The notes beneath the pieces were generated by a model. It saw only the letters and a list, made by a program, of their open reading frames with translations, had not been told where the DNA came from and did no database searches. Below are positions 48,286 through 57,919 of a DNA stretch of 64,000 nucleotides, in pieces. Location: positions 32,001 through 96,000 of the forward strand of contig JBFMAY010000001.1 in assembly GCA_040755455.1 (NCBI GenBank), read 5' to 3'. The number at the start of each line of letters is the position of its first letter. The stretch's first letter is position 1. Made by a program: the position numbers and the translations under genes. Source of the DNA: Thermodesulfobacteriota bacterium. GTDB taxonomy: Bacteria; Desulfobacterota; Desulfobulbia; Desulfobulbales; SURF-16.

Positions 48286-49200
48286 ATGTCTGAACTGATT
48301 GATGTCATTGTGGTGGGGGCGGGGCCGGCCGGTCTGCAGGCTGCCATTCATGCCGCGCGCAAAAAGGCCTCGGTGCTGGTGCTGGGACGCCCGCATAAAA
48401 GCGCCATTTACTGGGCCCATGTGGAAAATTACCTGGGAGTGGCCGGGGTGACCGACGGCAAGGAACTGGTTGAGATCGGCCGCGGCCAGGCCTCCCGTTT
48501 CGGGGCTCAATTCGTCGAGGAGGACGTGCTGGGCATTGAACAGCGTGATGACCGTTTTGAGGTGCGCACGGAAAGCGCGGTCCATCAGGGACGCACCCTT
48601 ATTCTGGCCACCGGCACCGCCAAAAACAAGCTCAAGGTCAAGGGGGAGAAGGAACTATCGGGCAGAGGGGTCAGCTACTGTGTTGACTGTGACGCCAATT
48701 TCTTCCGCAACGCCAAGGTGGCGGTGGTGGGCAATGAAAGCGCGGCGGTGGACGGGGCCTTGACCCTGCTCAAATATGCCGCCGAGGTGCATCTGGTGGC
48801 CCGCGAACTCGCTGTGGCCGGGGAGCTGGCCGCCCGTTTGACCGGCAGCAGTATCAAGATTCATAACACCTGGGTCAAGGAGATTCTTGGCGAAAACGCG
48901 GTGGAAAAACTGCTGCTGGAAGATGATTCCACCCTTGAGGTGGAAGGGGTTTTCATTGAGCTGGGGGCCAAGGGAGCCATGGAGCTTGCCACCAATCTGG
49001 GGGTGCAGCTTGACATGGAAACCTTCTCCTATATCGATACCAATAAACGGCAGGAAACCAATCTGGCCGGGGTCTATGCGGCCGGCGACATTGCCGGTCC
49101 GCCCCTGCAGATGGCCAAGGCGGTAGGCGAAGGGTGCGTGGCGGGCTGGCATGCGGCAAATTTCGCCAACAAGCAGAAAAGACACGAACCTGCTGCTTGA
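48286..49200 (+). CDS. Thioredoxin reductase-like NAD(P)/FAD oxidoreductase
   Basis: GAGPAG, GVSYCVDCD, YAAGD. Confidence 0.88.
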   Translation: MSELIDVIVVGAGPAGLQAAIHAARKKASVLVLGRPHKSAIYWAHVENYLGVAGVTDGKELVEIGRGQASRFGAQFVEEDVLGIEQRDDRFEVRTESAVHQGRTLILATGTAKNKLKVKGEKELSGRGVSYCVDCDANFFRNAKVAVVGNESAAVDGALTLLKYAAEVHLVARELAVAGELAARLTGSSIKIHNTWVKEILGENAVEKLLLEDDSTLEVEGVFIELGAKGAMELATNLGVQLDMETFSYIDTNKRQETNLAGVYAAGDIAGPPLQMAKAVGEGCVAGWHAANFANKQKRHEPAA

Positions 49201-49676
49201 TGCCACTTCTGCCCGATGACCACTATATGCGGCTGGCCCTGGAGCAGGCCAAGCTGGCGGGCCAGCGGGGTGAGGTGCCGGTGGGGGCGGTGCTGGTTGA
49301 TGCCCTGGGGACGGTGCTGGCCAGTGACGGCAACCGCCCCATTGAAAACCATGATCCCACGGCCCATGCGGAAATGCTGGTGCTGCGCCAGGCAGGCCGC
49401 CGACTGGCCAACTACCGGCTCGCCGGCGCCACCCTGTATGTCACCATTGAACCCTGCGTCATGTGCGCCGGAGCCCTGGTGCATGCCAGGGTCAGCCGGC
49501 TGGTGTACGGCGCCGATGATCCCAAGGCCGGAGGGATGGTGTCGCTTTATCAGGTGGGCCGGGACGGCCGTCTCAACCATAGCCTGGAGGTGGCGGGGGG
49601 GGTTCTCGCCGAGGAATGCGCGGCTGTGCTGCGGGGTTTTTTCCAACGCAAAAGACAAAAAACAGCGGCTCCGTGA
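49200..49676 (+). CDS. tadA: tRNA adenosine(34) deaminase
   Basis: GEVPVGA, HAE, EPCVMCAGA. Confidence 0.95.
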   Translation: MPLLPDDHYMRLALEQAKLAGQRGEVPVGAVLVDALGTVLASDGNRPIENHDPTAHAEMLVLRQAGRRLANYRLAGATLYVTIEPCVMCAGALVHARVSRLVYGADDPKAGGMVSLYQVGRDGRLNHSLEVAGGVLAEECAAVLRGFFQRKRQKTAAP

Positions 49677-49846
49677 AGCTGCTGGCCGGAACAAAACAGG
49701 GTGCGGCCCTCCCTGCAGGGGGTAACCTGTTGATTTATCGGCCGCGTTTTTTCGGCTGCAATTTTTTTGCGGGTCCGTTGAATTTTCCGCTTTCAAAATG
49801 TGTGCTTTGTTTGTAAAGTACTTGACTTTGCAAATTCGCTCCGAGC

Positions 49847-49934
49847 GGAGAGGTGACCGAGAGGCCGAAGGTGCACGACTGGAAATCGTGTGTACGGCAA
49901 CGTACCGAGGGTTCGAATCCCTCCTTCTCCGCCA
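49847..49934 (+). tRNA. tRNA-Ser(GGA)
   Basis: Cloverleaf with long variable arm; CACGA-CTGGAAA-TCGTG; GGTTCGAATCC; 3' GCCA. Confidence 0.95.
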
Positions 49935-50037
49935 GCATTTTTTTCCATATCTCTTGCAAGGTTTGGAAAAAAGTGTAATATGCAAAAATACATATTGTCA
50001 GGGTGACCGACAGCTCTGTTTTCATATTTTAAGAGTT

Positions 50038-50142
50038 TGATAGCCGGGTCCCGCGCAACAGAGGCTCATGAACCCCGTCAGGTCCGGGAGGAAGCAGCGG
50101 TAATGATTCCCCTCTGTGTGCCGTGGGGGTGCCTGGCTATCA
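50038..50142 (+). ncRNA. ffs: Signal recognition particle RNA (4.5S)
   Basis: TCAGGTCCGGGAGGAAGCAGC domain IV; closing stem TGATAGCC/GGCTATCA; upstream of dnaX. Confidence 0.92.
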
Positions 50143-50204
50143 TTTTTTTATCTTCTTTTTTTCGCGCCAATGACTTGTAAAGCCGTCATCTTTTCAGCCT
50201 GCCC

Positions 50205-51959
50205 ATGTCGTATCTTGTTCTAGCCCGGAAATGGCGGCCCCAGACCTTTGCCGATGTCGTCGGCCAGGAGCCTGTTGTCCGCACCCTGCAGAACGCCCTC
50301 ACGCGCAGCCGGGTCGCCCATGCCATGATCTTCTCCGGGGTGCGCGGGGTGGGCAAGACCACCTTGGCCCGCATCATGGCCAAGGCCCTCAACTGCATGG
50401 GCGGGACCGATGACAGGCCGTGCAATGTCTGCGAATCATGCCGGGAAATCACCGCCGGCAGCGCGGTTGATCTGCATGAAATCGACGGCGCCTCAAACCG
50501 CGGCATCCAGGAGATCCGTGATCTCAAGGAGAATATCCGTTTCTTTCCCACCAAATGCCGCTTCAAAGTCATCATCATCGATGAGGTGCACATGCTCACC
50601 ACCGAGGCCTTCAACGCCCTGTTGAAGACCCTGGAGGAGCCGCCGGAACATGTTTATTTCATGTTTGCCACCACCGAACTGCACAAGGTGCCCATTACCA
50701 TCCTTTCCCGCTGTCAGCGTTATGAATTAAAAAGGGTCTCCTTTGTCGATCTTATCGCGTTTTTTGCGAAGATCGCCGCCGCGGAGCAGGTGGAGATCTC
50801 CCGCCGGGCCATTGAGATGATTGCCCGGGAGGCTGACGGCAGCATTCGCGACGGTTTGAGTCTGCTGGACCAGGTTTTTTCATTCGGCGGGGACCGGGTG
50901 GCGGATGAGGATGTGGTGCAGGTGCTCGGCCTAGTCGACCAGGGGATTTTCGCCAGTCTGGCCTCGGCGCTGCTGGCCGGCGATCTGGCCCAGTGTTTTG
51001 ATCTGCTGGAAAAAATCTATGTGGCCGGCATTGATTTGAAGCGCTTTGCCACGGATCTGCTCGCATATCTGCGCGCCCTGCTCATCTGCCGCACCAGTCC
51101 CCGGCCGGAAGCGCTGCTCGATGTCTCCGACCAGGAGCTGGCCGAACTGCGGCAGCTCTCCGCAAACCAGAGCCCCGAGACCCTGTCGCTGCTGTTTCAG
51201 CTGCTGTTCAAGGGGATGAGCGAGATGCAGTATTCGGCCCATCCGCGGCTGGTGCTGGAAATGGCCTTTATCAAGGCAGCACAGGCCGGACAGGTGACCC
51301 CGGCCGCAACGCTTCTTGCCCGTCTTGACGCGATGATCAAGGCAGGCTGCGAGCCGCAGTCGCTGCCAGCCGCCGTCCCCGTTGCCGCTGTGCCGGAAAA
51401 GCCACCGGCGCCGCCATTGCCGGAAAAAAAGCCGGACCCGCCTCCCGCCACAGCGGCTGACCCCGAGCCGGAGCTTGACAGCAAGGTGAAAAAGCTGGAA
51501 GAGCTGGTGGGGAAAATCGCCGACCCCAAAGCCAGGGAGAAGAGGGACGGCGTTGCCAGCCATACTTACATCAAGGATGTGCGCAAAAACTGGGACAGCT
51601 TTGTCGCCTATGTCAAGGAGAGAAAGCCCTGGATGGCCCAGGTGCTGAAGCTCTGCGTAAACCCGCGGGAAGAGGGGGGTGAGCTTCTTGTCAGGTTTGA
51701 TAATCCCTCTGACTGCACCCTGCTGCAGAAACCGGAGAATGTGAAGGATCTCAGCGTCTATGCCCTTGATTTTTTCCAGAAGGAGCTGCGGGTCAAGATC
51801 AGCAGCCGGGGCGGCAAGACCGATGGCCGGGACGAAGCGGTCCAGGACGGCCCCAAGGAGGAAAGGCGCGCCCTGGCCAATGACCCCCTGGTGCAGATGA
51901 CGGTGGAGATCTTCGGCGGACAGGTCGCGGCAATACGCACCGGCCCCCGTTTTCGCTGA
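50205..51959 (+). CDS. dnaX: DNA polymerase III subunit gamma/tau
   Basis: LARKWRP, GVGKTT, DEVHML, NALLKTLEEPP, SRC. Confidence 0.97.
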   Translation: MSYLVLARKWRPQTFADVVGQEPVVRTLQNALTRSRVAHAMIFSGVRGVGKTTLARIMAKALNCMGGTDDRPCNVCESCREITAGSAVDLHEIDGASNRGIQEIRDLKENIRFFPTKCRFKVIIIDEVHMLTTEAFNALLKTLEEPPEHVYFMFATTELHKVPITILSRCQRYELKRVSFVDLIAFFAKIAAAEQVEISRRAIEMIAREADGSIRDGLSLLDQVFSFGGDRVADEDVVQVLGLVDQGIFASLASALLAGDLAQCFDLLEKIYVAGIDLKRFATDLLAYLRALLICRTSPRPEALLDVSDQELAELRQLSANQSPETLSLLFQLLFKGMSEMQYSAHPRLVLEMAFIKAAQAGQVTPAATLLARLDAMIKAGCEPQSLPAAVPVAAVPEKPPAPPLPEKKPDPPPATAADPEPELDSKVKKLEELVGKIADPKAREKRDGVASHTYIKDVRKNWDSFVAYVKERKPWMAQVLKLCVNPREEGGELLVRFDNPSDCTLLQKPENVKDLSVYALDFFQKELRVKISSRGGKTDGRDEAVQDGPKEERRALANDPLVQMTVEIFGGQVAAIRTGPRFR

Positions 51960-51961
51960 TT

Positions 51962-52015
51962 GACCAGTCGGACCAGTCAGACCAGTAGGATCACCAAGAC
52001 CAACAGGACCAACAC
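51962..52015 (+). repeat. Six imperfect 9-bp tandem repeats (GACCARYVR-like)
   Basis: GACCAGTCG GACCAGTCA GACCAGTAG GATCACCAA GACCAACAG GACCAACAC. Confidence 0.8.
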
Positions 52016-52016
52016 A

Positions 52017-52337
52017 ATGGATATGGATTCGATTTTAAAACGGGCCCAGGAGTTTCAGCACCTGATGAGCAAGAAGCAGGAGGAGCTGGCCGGCAGAACG
52101 GTCACCTCAACCGTCGGCGGCGGTATGGTCACCGTTACCGTCAATGGCAGATTCGAGATTGTGGCACTGCAGATTGACAAGGCGGCCATTGATCCAAATG
52201 AGGCAGTGATGCTGCAGGACCTGGTGGCGGCGGCGGTCAACGATGCCATGCGCAAGGCCAAGGAGATGACCCAGTCCGAGCTTGCCCGGCTGACCGGCGG
52301 TCTGGGGCTCAATCTGCCCGGCATGTTCGGCGGGTGA
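52017..52337 (+). CDS. ybaB: YbaB/EbfC nucleoid-associated protein
   Basis: GGGMVTVTVNG, LQDLVAAAVNDA; dnaX-recR synteny. Confidence 0.93.
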   Translation: MDMDSILKRAQEFQHLMSKKQEELAGRTVTSTVGGGMVTVTVNGRFEIVALQIDKAAIDPNEAVMLQDLVAAAVNDAMRKAKEMTQSELARLTGGLGLNLPGMFGG

Positions 52338-52344
52338 GGGCAAA

Positions 52345-52944
52345 ATGAACGTCGTGCCCCCGGCCCTGGCCAGGCTGATTGCCGATTTCAACCGTCTGCC
52401 GGGCGTGGGCCGGAAAACGGCGACCCGGCTTGCCCTGCACCTCCTGCGGCGGCCTGCCGCCGAGGCCCAGGCCCTGGCCAGGGACCTGCACGATCTGCAT
52501 GAAACGATCCGGCTCTGCAGCAACTGTTTTGCCTTCTCCGAGACGGACCCCTGCGCCATCTGCGCCGATCAAGGGCGGGACGGCAGTCTGGTCTGTGTGG
52601 TGGAAGAGGCGGCGGATCTGATGGCCATCGAGAAGACCGGCGCATTCAAGGGGCAGTACCATATCCTGCACGGGGTGTTATCCCCCATGGACGGCATCGG
52701 GCCGGATGAGATCAAGATCCATGCCCTGATCGAGCGGATTGACCGGCAGCAGGTGGCTGAGGTGCTCATCGCCACCAGTTCTACGGTCCCGGGGGAGGCC
52801 ACGGCCGCCTATCTGATTGACAGTCTGCGGAAAAAAAAGGTCAAGGTCACCCGGCTGGCCTGCGGCATTCCCATGGGCATGGATATCAAATATGCCGATG
52901 AGCTGACCCTGAGCCGGGCCATTGAGGCGCGGAAAAGCTATTGA
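52345..52944 (+). CDS. recR: Recombination mediator RecR
   Basis: LPGVGRKTATR, C4 zinc finger, TOPRIM motif CVVE. Confidence 0.97.
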   Translation: MNVVPPALARLIADFNRLPGVGRKTATRLALHLLRRPAAEAQALARDLHDLHETIRLCSNCFAFSETDPCAICADQGRDGSLVCVVEEAADLMAIEKTGAFKGQYHILHGVLSPMDGIGPDEIKIHALIERIDRQQVAEVLIATSSTVPGEATAAYLIDSLRKKKVKVTRLACGIPMGMDIKYADELTLSRAIEARKSY

Positions 52945-52970
52945 CCGGTTCGCGCGGTCAAATGTATAAT
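52941..52970 (+). promoter_or_regulatory. Putative sigma-70 promoter for tRNA-Val/thrS
   Basis: TTGACC-N18-TATAAT. Confidence 0.6.
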
Positions 52971-53139
52971 GTTCTTGACATTGCCGCTCTTTATTGGTAA
53001 TTCCTTCCCGTTTAGAGATTCAGGGAAAATAATGCCTCGCAGGAAATCTCAGGACAGTGCGGTGAAGTGGAGATTTTTGGCTAGCAAAGCCTTGCTGCCA
53101 GCCGCATCATCTTATTTTTGCGGGTTCATAAAGAAATAC

Positions 53140-53214
53140 AGGCGCGTAACTCAGTGGGAGAGTGCTACCTTGACATGGTAGAAGTCGGCGGTTCAATCCC
53201 GCCCGTGCCTACCA
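53140..53214 (+). tRNA. tRNA-Val(GAC)
   Basis: CTACC-TTGACAT-GGTAG anticodon arm; GGTTCAATCC; 3' ACCA. Confidence 0.95.
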
Positions 53215-53229
53215 ATTTTTTTACATAGC

Positions 53230-53293
53230 TGCGGTATGAACAAATAAACTTCGCAATATTTGCATGTTGCGAAGTTTATTTGTTCATACCGCA
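53230..53293. repeat. Perfect 27-bp inverted repeat in the thrS leader
   Basis: TGCGGTATGAACAAATAAACTTCGCAA-N10-TTGCGAAGTTTATTTGTTCATACCGCA. Confidence 0.92.
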
Positions 53294-53326
53294 TGCAACA
53301 TTCGGTAAAGAATAGAACTGGACGAT

Positions 53327-55246
53327 ATGGCAGATATTCGGTTGAGCACTGCGGGAAAAGAGGCCAAGAGCTTTCCCGCCGGCACCACGGCAGCTGAGGC
53401 GGTGAAGGCGCTCTGCTCCAGCAAGGAGCGGAAGAGCATTGTCGCCGTGCGGGTGGGAGAGCGGCTGCTTGATCTTGCCGAGCCCCTGACGGAAGATGCC
53501 GTACTTGAACCGGTGACCAAGGAGTCGCCCGAGGGCCTGGATATTCTGCGCCACAGCGCCTCGCACATCATGGCCCAGGCCGTGGTGGAACTCTACGGAC
53601 CGGATATCAAAGTAGCCATCGGCCCGGCCACGGAAGACGGCTTTTACTATGATTTTGACCGCAAGGAGCCCTTTACCCCGGATGATTTTGCCGCCATTGA
53701 GGCCAGGGTGCAGGAGATTGTTGCCGCCAATCTACCTTTTACCAGACAGACGCTAGCCATTGCCGAGGCGAAGAAGTTCTTCCAGGAAAAGGGCCAGCCG
53801 TACAAGGTGGAGCTGCTTGATGATATTGAGGCCGACACGGTCAGCATCTACCGCCAGGGTGATTTTGTCGATCTGTGCCGCGGGCCCCATATCGCCCATA
53901 CCGGCCTGCTGCAGGCCTTCAAACTGATGCGCATTGCCGGCGCCTACTGGCGCGGCGATGAGAAGCGGCCGATGCTGCAGCGCCTGTATGGCACCGCCTT
54001 TTATGATGCCAAGGAGCTGAAAAAATATCTCTATCAGCTTGAAGAGGCCAAAAAGCGGGACCATCGCAAGCTCGGCAAGGAGCTGGAGCTTTTTGCCATC
54101 AGCGACCAGGTCGGCCCCGGCCTGATCCTCTGGCTGCCCAAGGGTGCGCTGGTAAGAAGGATCATTGAGGATTACTGGAAGGACGAGCATTACCGCAACG
54201 GCTATGAACTGCTGTATACCCCGCACATCGCCAAACGGGAGATGTGGGCGACCAGCGGCCACCTTGACTTCTATGTGGATGACATGTTTTCCCCCATGGA
54301 AGTGGAGGAGGTGAGTTATCAGATCAAGCCGATGAACTGCCCTTTCCATATCGGCATTTACAAGACCAGGAAGAGGAGCTACCGGGAGTTCCCCATCCGC
54401 TGGTGCGAGCTGGGCACGGTTTACCGCTTCGAGCGGACCGGCGCCCTGCAGGGCCTGATGCGGGTGCGTGGTTTCACCCAGGATGACGCCCATATTTTCT
54501 GCCTGCCGGAGCAGCTTGAAGAAGAAATTTTCAATATTATTGATTTAAATCTTCACATTTTAAAGACATTCGGTTTTAGTGAATATGATATTTATCTGTC
54601 AACCCGGCCCGAGAAGTATGTGGGCTCGGATGACAACTGGCAGAAGGCCACCGACGCCTTGAAAATGGCCCTGGAAAAAAAGGGACTGCTCTACACCGTT
54701 GACCCCGGCGAGGGGGTCTTTTACGGGCCGAAAATCGACATCAAGATCAAGGATGTTCTGGGCCGCGCCTGGCAGTGCTCCACCATCCAGGTGGATTTCA
54801 ACCTGCCGGAGCGTTTCCAGCTTGCCTATACGGCGGAAGACAGCAGGGACCATCAGCCCATCATGATCCACCGGGCCCTCATGGGCTCGCTGGAGCGGTT
54901 CTTCGGCGTGCTCATCGAGCATTATGCCGGAGCGTTTCCGCTGTGGATGGCCCCGGTACAGGCCAAGGTGCTCAATATCACCGATGCCCAGCTTGATTAT
55001 GCTGAAAAGGTGTATCAGGAGCTGCGCAGTTCCGGGGTGCGGGTGGAAAAGGATACCCGTAATGAAAAATTGAATTATAAGATCCGTGAAGCACAGCTGG
55101 CGAAAATTCCCTATATGGTGATTATCGGCGACAAGGAGAAGGATACGGATACGGTGACGGTTCGCCTGCGCGACGGCAAGAACCTTGAGCCGATGTCCGT
55201 GTCGGATTTTGCAGAGATGATCCTGGCGGAGAGCCGGATTCGCTGA
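53327..55246 (+). CDS. thrS: Threonine--tRNA ligase
   Basis: RHSASH, DLCRGPH, KPMNCP, RVRGFTQDDAH, FYGPKID. Confidence 0.98.
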   Translation: MADIRLSTAGKEAKSFPAGTTAAEAVKALCSSKERKSIVAVRVGERLLDLAEPLTEDAVLEPVTKESPEGLDILRHSASHIMAQAVVELYGPDIKVAIGPATEDGFYYDFDRKEPFTPDDFAAIEARVQEIVAANLPFTRQTLAIAEAKKFFQEKGQPYKVELLDDIEADTVSIYRQGDFVDLCRGPHIAHTGLLQAFKLMRIAGAYWRGDEKRPMLQRLYGTAFYDAKELKKYLYQLEEAKKRDHRKLGKELELFAISDQVGPGLILWLPKGALVRRIIEDYWKDEHYRNGYELLYTPHIAKREMWATSGHLDFYVDDMFSPMEVEEVSYQIKPMNCPFHIGIYKTRKRSYREFPIRWCELGTVYRFERTGALQGLMRVRGFTQDDAHIFCLPEQLEEEIFNIIDLNLHILKTFGFSEYDIYLSTRPEKYVGSDDNWQKATDALKMALEKKGLLYTVDPGEGVFYGPKIDIKIKDVLGRAWQCSTIQVDFNLPERFQLAYTAEDSRDHQPIMIHRALMGSLERFFGVLIEHYAGAFPLWMAPVQAKVLNITDAQLDYAEKVYQELRSSGVRVEKDTRNEKLNYKIREAQLAKIPYMVIIGDKEKDTDTVTVRLRDGKNLEPMSVSDFAEMILAESRIR

Positions 55247-55309
55247 ACTGTTGTTTGCGTGAGCGGACTCTGTAAGGTTTTCAGTATGGAATAATGTGGA
55301 GGTAAGCGT

Positions 55310-55852
55310 ATTAAAAGAAAAAAGACTGTTAAGGGCGGGCGTGATCTGAAGGCCAGGGTAAATGACCAGATCAGAGAGAAAGAGGTGCGGGTCATTGATG
55401 ATGAAGGACAGCAGCTTGGGGTAATTTCGACCCAAGAGGCCTTGGCAAAGGCGGAAGCGGTAGGGCTTGACCTCGTTGAGGTCTCAGCCTCGGCAGACCC
55501 GCCGGTCTGTCGGATCATGGATTACGGCAAATATCGGTACGAGCAGAGCAAAAAGCAGGCGGAAGCCAAGAAGAAACAGGCCGTGGTCGAGGTGAAGGAA
55601 ATCAAGCTCCGGCCGAAGACCGAAAAACATGATCTCGACTTTAAGGTTCGCAACATTCGCAAATTTATAGCGCAGAAAAATAAGGTAAAAGTGACCTTGC
55701 GATTCAGGGGAAGGGAGATTGTCTATGCCGACAGTCTGGGCTTGGAACTGCTGAATCAGATAGCCGGCATTCTGGAAGATGTTGCCGTCATCGCCCAGCC
55801 GCCGACCATGGAAGGCCGCCAGATGGTGATGCTGGTGGCGCCGAAAGGCTGA
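55310..55852 (+). CDS. infC: Translation initiation factor IF-3 (ATT start)
   Basis: GGAGGT then in-frame ATT 55310, restoring RVNDQIR; DLVEV, PPVCRIMDYGK. Confidence 0.95.
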   Translation: MKRKKTVKGGRDLKARVNDQIREKEVRVIDDEGQQLGVISTQEALAKAEAVGLDLVEVSASADPPVCRIMDYGKYRYEQSKKQAEAKKKQAVVEVKEIKLRPKTEKHDLDFKVRNIRKFIAQKNKVKVTLRFRGREIVYADSLGLELLNQIAGILEDVAVIAQPPTMEGRQMVMLVAPKG

Positions 55853-56020
55853 TAGTTGCGGGCAGGTTTTCCGCCTTCATGAAGGGCACCACTGAGCGGA
55901 AAAAGAAGAGAGATTTTACAGGTATTCAAGTTTCAGCGAACGGATTCCCTTGTGATTCGGTTCCGGCTGCCAAGCTTACCTCATAAAATTTGTAACTTTA
56001 TATAAACAGGAGTGTATGTT

Positions 56021-56218
56021 ATGCCAAAAATGAAGACCAATAGAGGGGCTGCCAAACGTTTTAAGATGAGCGGCTCCGGCAAGGTTATTCGCAGAAAGGC
56101 GTTTACCAGTCATATTTTGACGAAAAAAAGCACTAAAAGAAAAAGAAATCTGCGTCAGTCAGCAGTTGTTGATTCCGCCAATAGTAAAGGGATCAAGCGT
56201 ATTCTGCCCTATATGTAG
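56021..56218 (+). CDS. rpmI: 50S ribosomal protein L35
   Basis: [14 protein letters not shown]. Confidence 0.97.
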   Translation: MPKMKTNRGAAKRFKMSGSGKVIRRKAFTSHILTKKSTKRKRNLRQSAVVDSANSKGIKRILPYM

Positions 56219-56233
56219 ATCAAGGAGATTGCA

Positions 56234-56578
56234 ATGCCCAGAGTGACACGCGGTTTTAAAGCACGCCGCAGAAGAAATAGAGTTCTTAAACTGGCCAAGG
56301 GATTTCGTGGAGCCCGCCATCGTCTTTACCGCACGGCTACCGAGGCGGTTGATCATGCCCTTACCTATGCCTATCGTGACCGCCGCGCGAAAAAGCGGGA
56401 TTTCAGGCGCCTGTGGATCGTGCGTATCGGCGCCGGAGCAGAACTGAACGGCACATCTTACAGCCGTCTGATCGGTGGTCTGAAAAAAGCGAATGTGGAG
56501 CTTGACCGCAAGGTTCTCTCCAACCTGGCTATTCTTGATCCAAACGCCTTTTCAGCTGTTGCGAAGCTCGCTTCCTGA
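56234..56578 (+). CDS. rplT: 50S ribosomal protein L20
   Basis: [21 protein letters not shown]. Confidence 0.97.
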   Translation: MPRVTRGFKARRRRNRVLKLAKGFRGARHRLYRTATEAVDHALTYAYRDRRAKKRDFRRLWIVRIGAGAELNGTSYSRLIGGLKKANVELDRKVLSNLAILDPNAFSAVAKLAS

Positions 56579-56692
56579 TCGTAACGGAAAAGACAATTCC
56601 GTTACGTTTCCCCTGGCTCACGCGAGCCGCATCCGCGCGGAATGCTCATGATTCCCCACGGAAGATCGGAGTCGACTTTCTACGAAACAAAC

Positions 56693-56719
56693 ATGGCCCT
56701 GCTCAGGGCCATTTATTTT
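56693..56719 (+). terminator. Terminator-like hairpin upstream of pheS
   Basis: ATGGCCCT-GCTC-AGGGCCAT-TTATTTT. Confidence 0.5.
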
Positions 56720-56772
56720 CAGGCATGAAAGTCCTCTAGCCCTAGGTACGGAGCGGACTTTCTGGTAAATTT

Positions 56773-57789
56773 ATGGAAGAAGAATTACTTCGCCTGCAAA
56801 AAGAGGCATGCCGGGATCTGACATCACTTTGCGATGTGAAGGATCTTGAACCGTTCCGTGTTCGCTATCTCGGCCGGAAAAGCGAATTTACCGGACTGAT
56901 GCGCAAACTTGGCCAGGTTGCCGAGGAGGAGAGACCCCGACTCGGCAAGCTGGCCAACGACATTAAAGTCGATCTTGAAAATCGCTTTGCCGCGAAAAAG
57001 ACGGAACTGGCAGAGGCCGCCCGCAGTGAGGCAGGCTCTGCCTCCACCGTTGATCTGACCCTGCCGGGCCGCACCTCTCCCTATGGCAAGCTGCATCCGG
57101 TAACACAGATCATGGAAGAAATCTGCGCCATTTTTGAAGGCATGGGTTTCGGCGTGGCCGAGGGACCGGATGTTGAAACGGATTTTTACAATTTCGAGGC
57201 CCTGAACATCCCCAAGCATCACCCGGCCCGGGACATGCATGATACGTTCTACATCAATGACAGTCTCCTGCTGCGCACCCACACCTCCCCCATGCAGGCC
57301 CGCATCATGGAAAAGAGCCGGCCGCCGCTCAGGATGATCGCCCCGGGCAAGGTATACCGCTGCGATTCCGATATAACCCACACCCCGATGTTTCATCAGG
57401 TCGAGGGATTTCTGGTGGACAGAAAGGTCTCCTTTGCCGACCTGCGCGGCGTGCTCGGCGTGTTTATCGCCCGGATGTTTGACGAGCGCACGGCCATGCG
57501 CGCCAGACCGAGTTTCTTCCCCTTTACCGAGCCAAGCGCGGAAATCGACATCGCCTGCGTCATCTGCCGCGGCAAGGGTTGCCGGGTCTGCAAACAGACC
57601 GGCTGGCTGGAGATTCTCGGCGCGGGCATGATCGATCCCGAGGTGTTCAAGCAGGTGGGATATGACCCGGAGGAGTACAGCGGCTTTGCCTTTGGCCTCG
57701 GGGTGGAGCGCATCGCCATGCTCAAATACGGCATCAATGATATAAGGCTGTACTATGAAAATGATCTGCGTTTTCTCTCGCAGTTCTAA
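56773..57789 (+). CDS. pheS: Phenylalanine--tRNA ligase alpha subunit
   Basis: HPARDMHDTF, LRTHTSP, FPFTEPS, GFAFGLGVER. Confidence 0.98.
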   Translation: MEEELLRLQKEACRDLTSLCDVKDLEPFRVRYLGRKSEFTGLMRKLGQVAEEERPRLGKLANDIKVDLENRFAAKKTELAEAARSEAGSASTVDLTLPGRTSPYGKLHPVTQIMEEICAIFEGMGFGVAEGPDVETDFYNFEALNIPKHHPARDMHDTFYINDSLLLRTHTSPMQARIMEKSRPPLRMIAPGKVYRCDSDITHTPMFHQVEGFLVDRKVSFADLRGVLGVFIARMFDERTAMRARPSFFPFTEPSAEIDIACVICRGKGCRVCKQTGWLEILGAGMIDPEVFKQVGYDPEEYSGFAFGLGVERIAMLKYGINDIRLYYENDLRFLSQF

Positions 57790-57919
57790 CAGCAGAAGGT
57801 TAAGCCTGTTAGGCTGTAGTCTGTGAGGTAAAGTTTATTTTTTACGAAATTACTATTGCCAGCAAAACGCTTACAGGCTAGAAAAAACTACAAACTCAAA
57901 ACCTCATACCGATTCGCCC

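Noticed and set aside
51962..52015. CRISPR array
   Set aside because: Contiguous 9-bp units without spacers, and no cas genes in the window.
56642..56728. pheM-like leader peptide
   Set aside because: Only two scattered Phe codons and no clear RBS.
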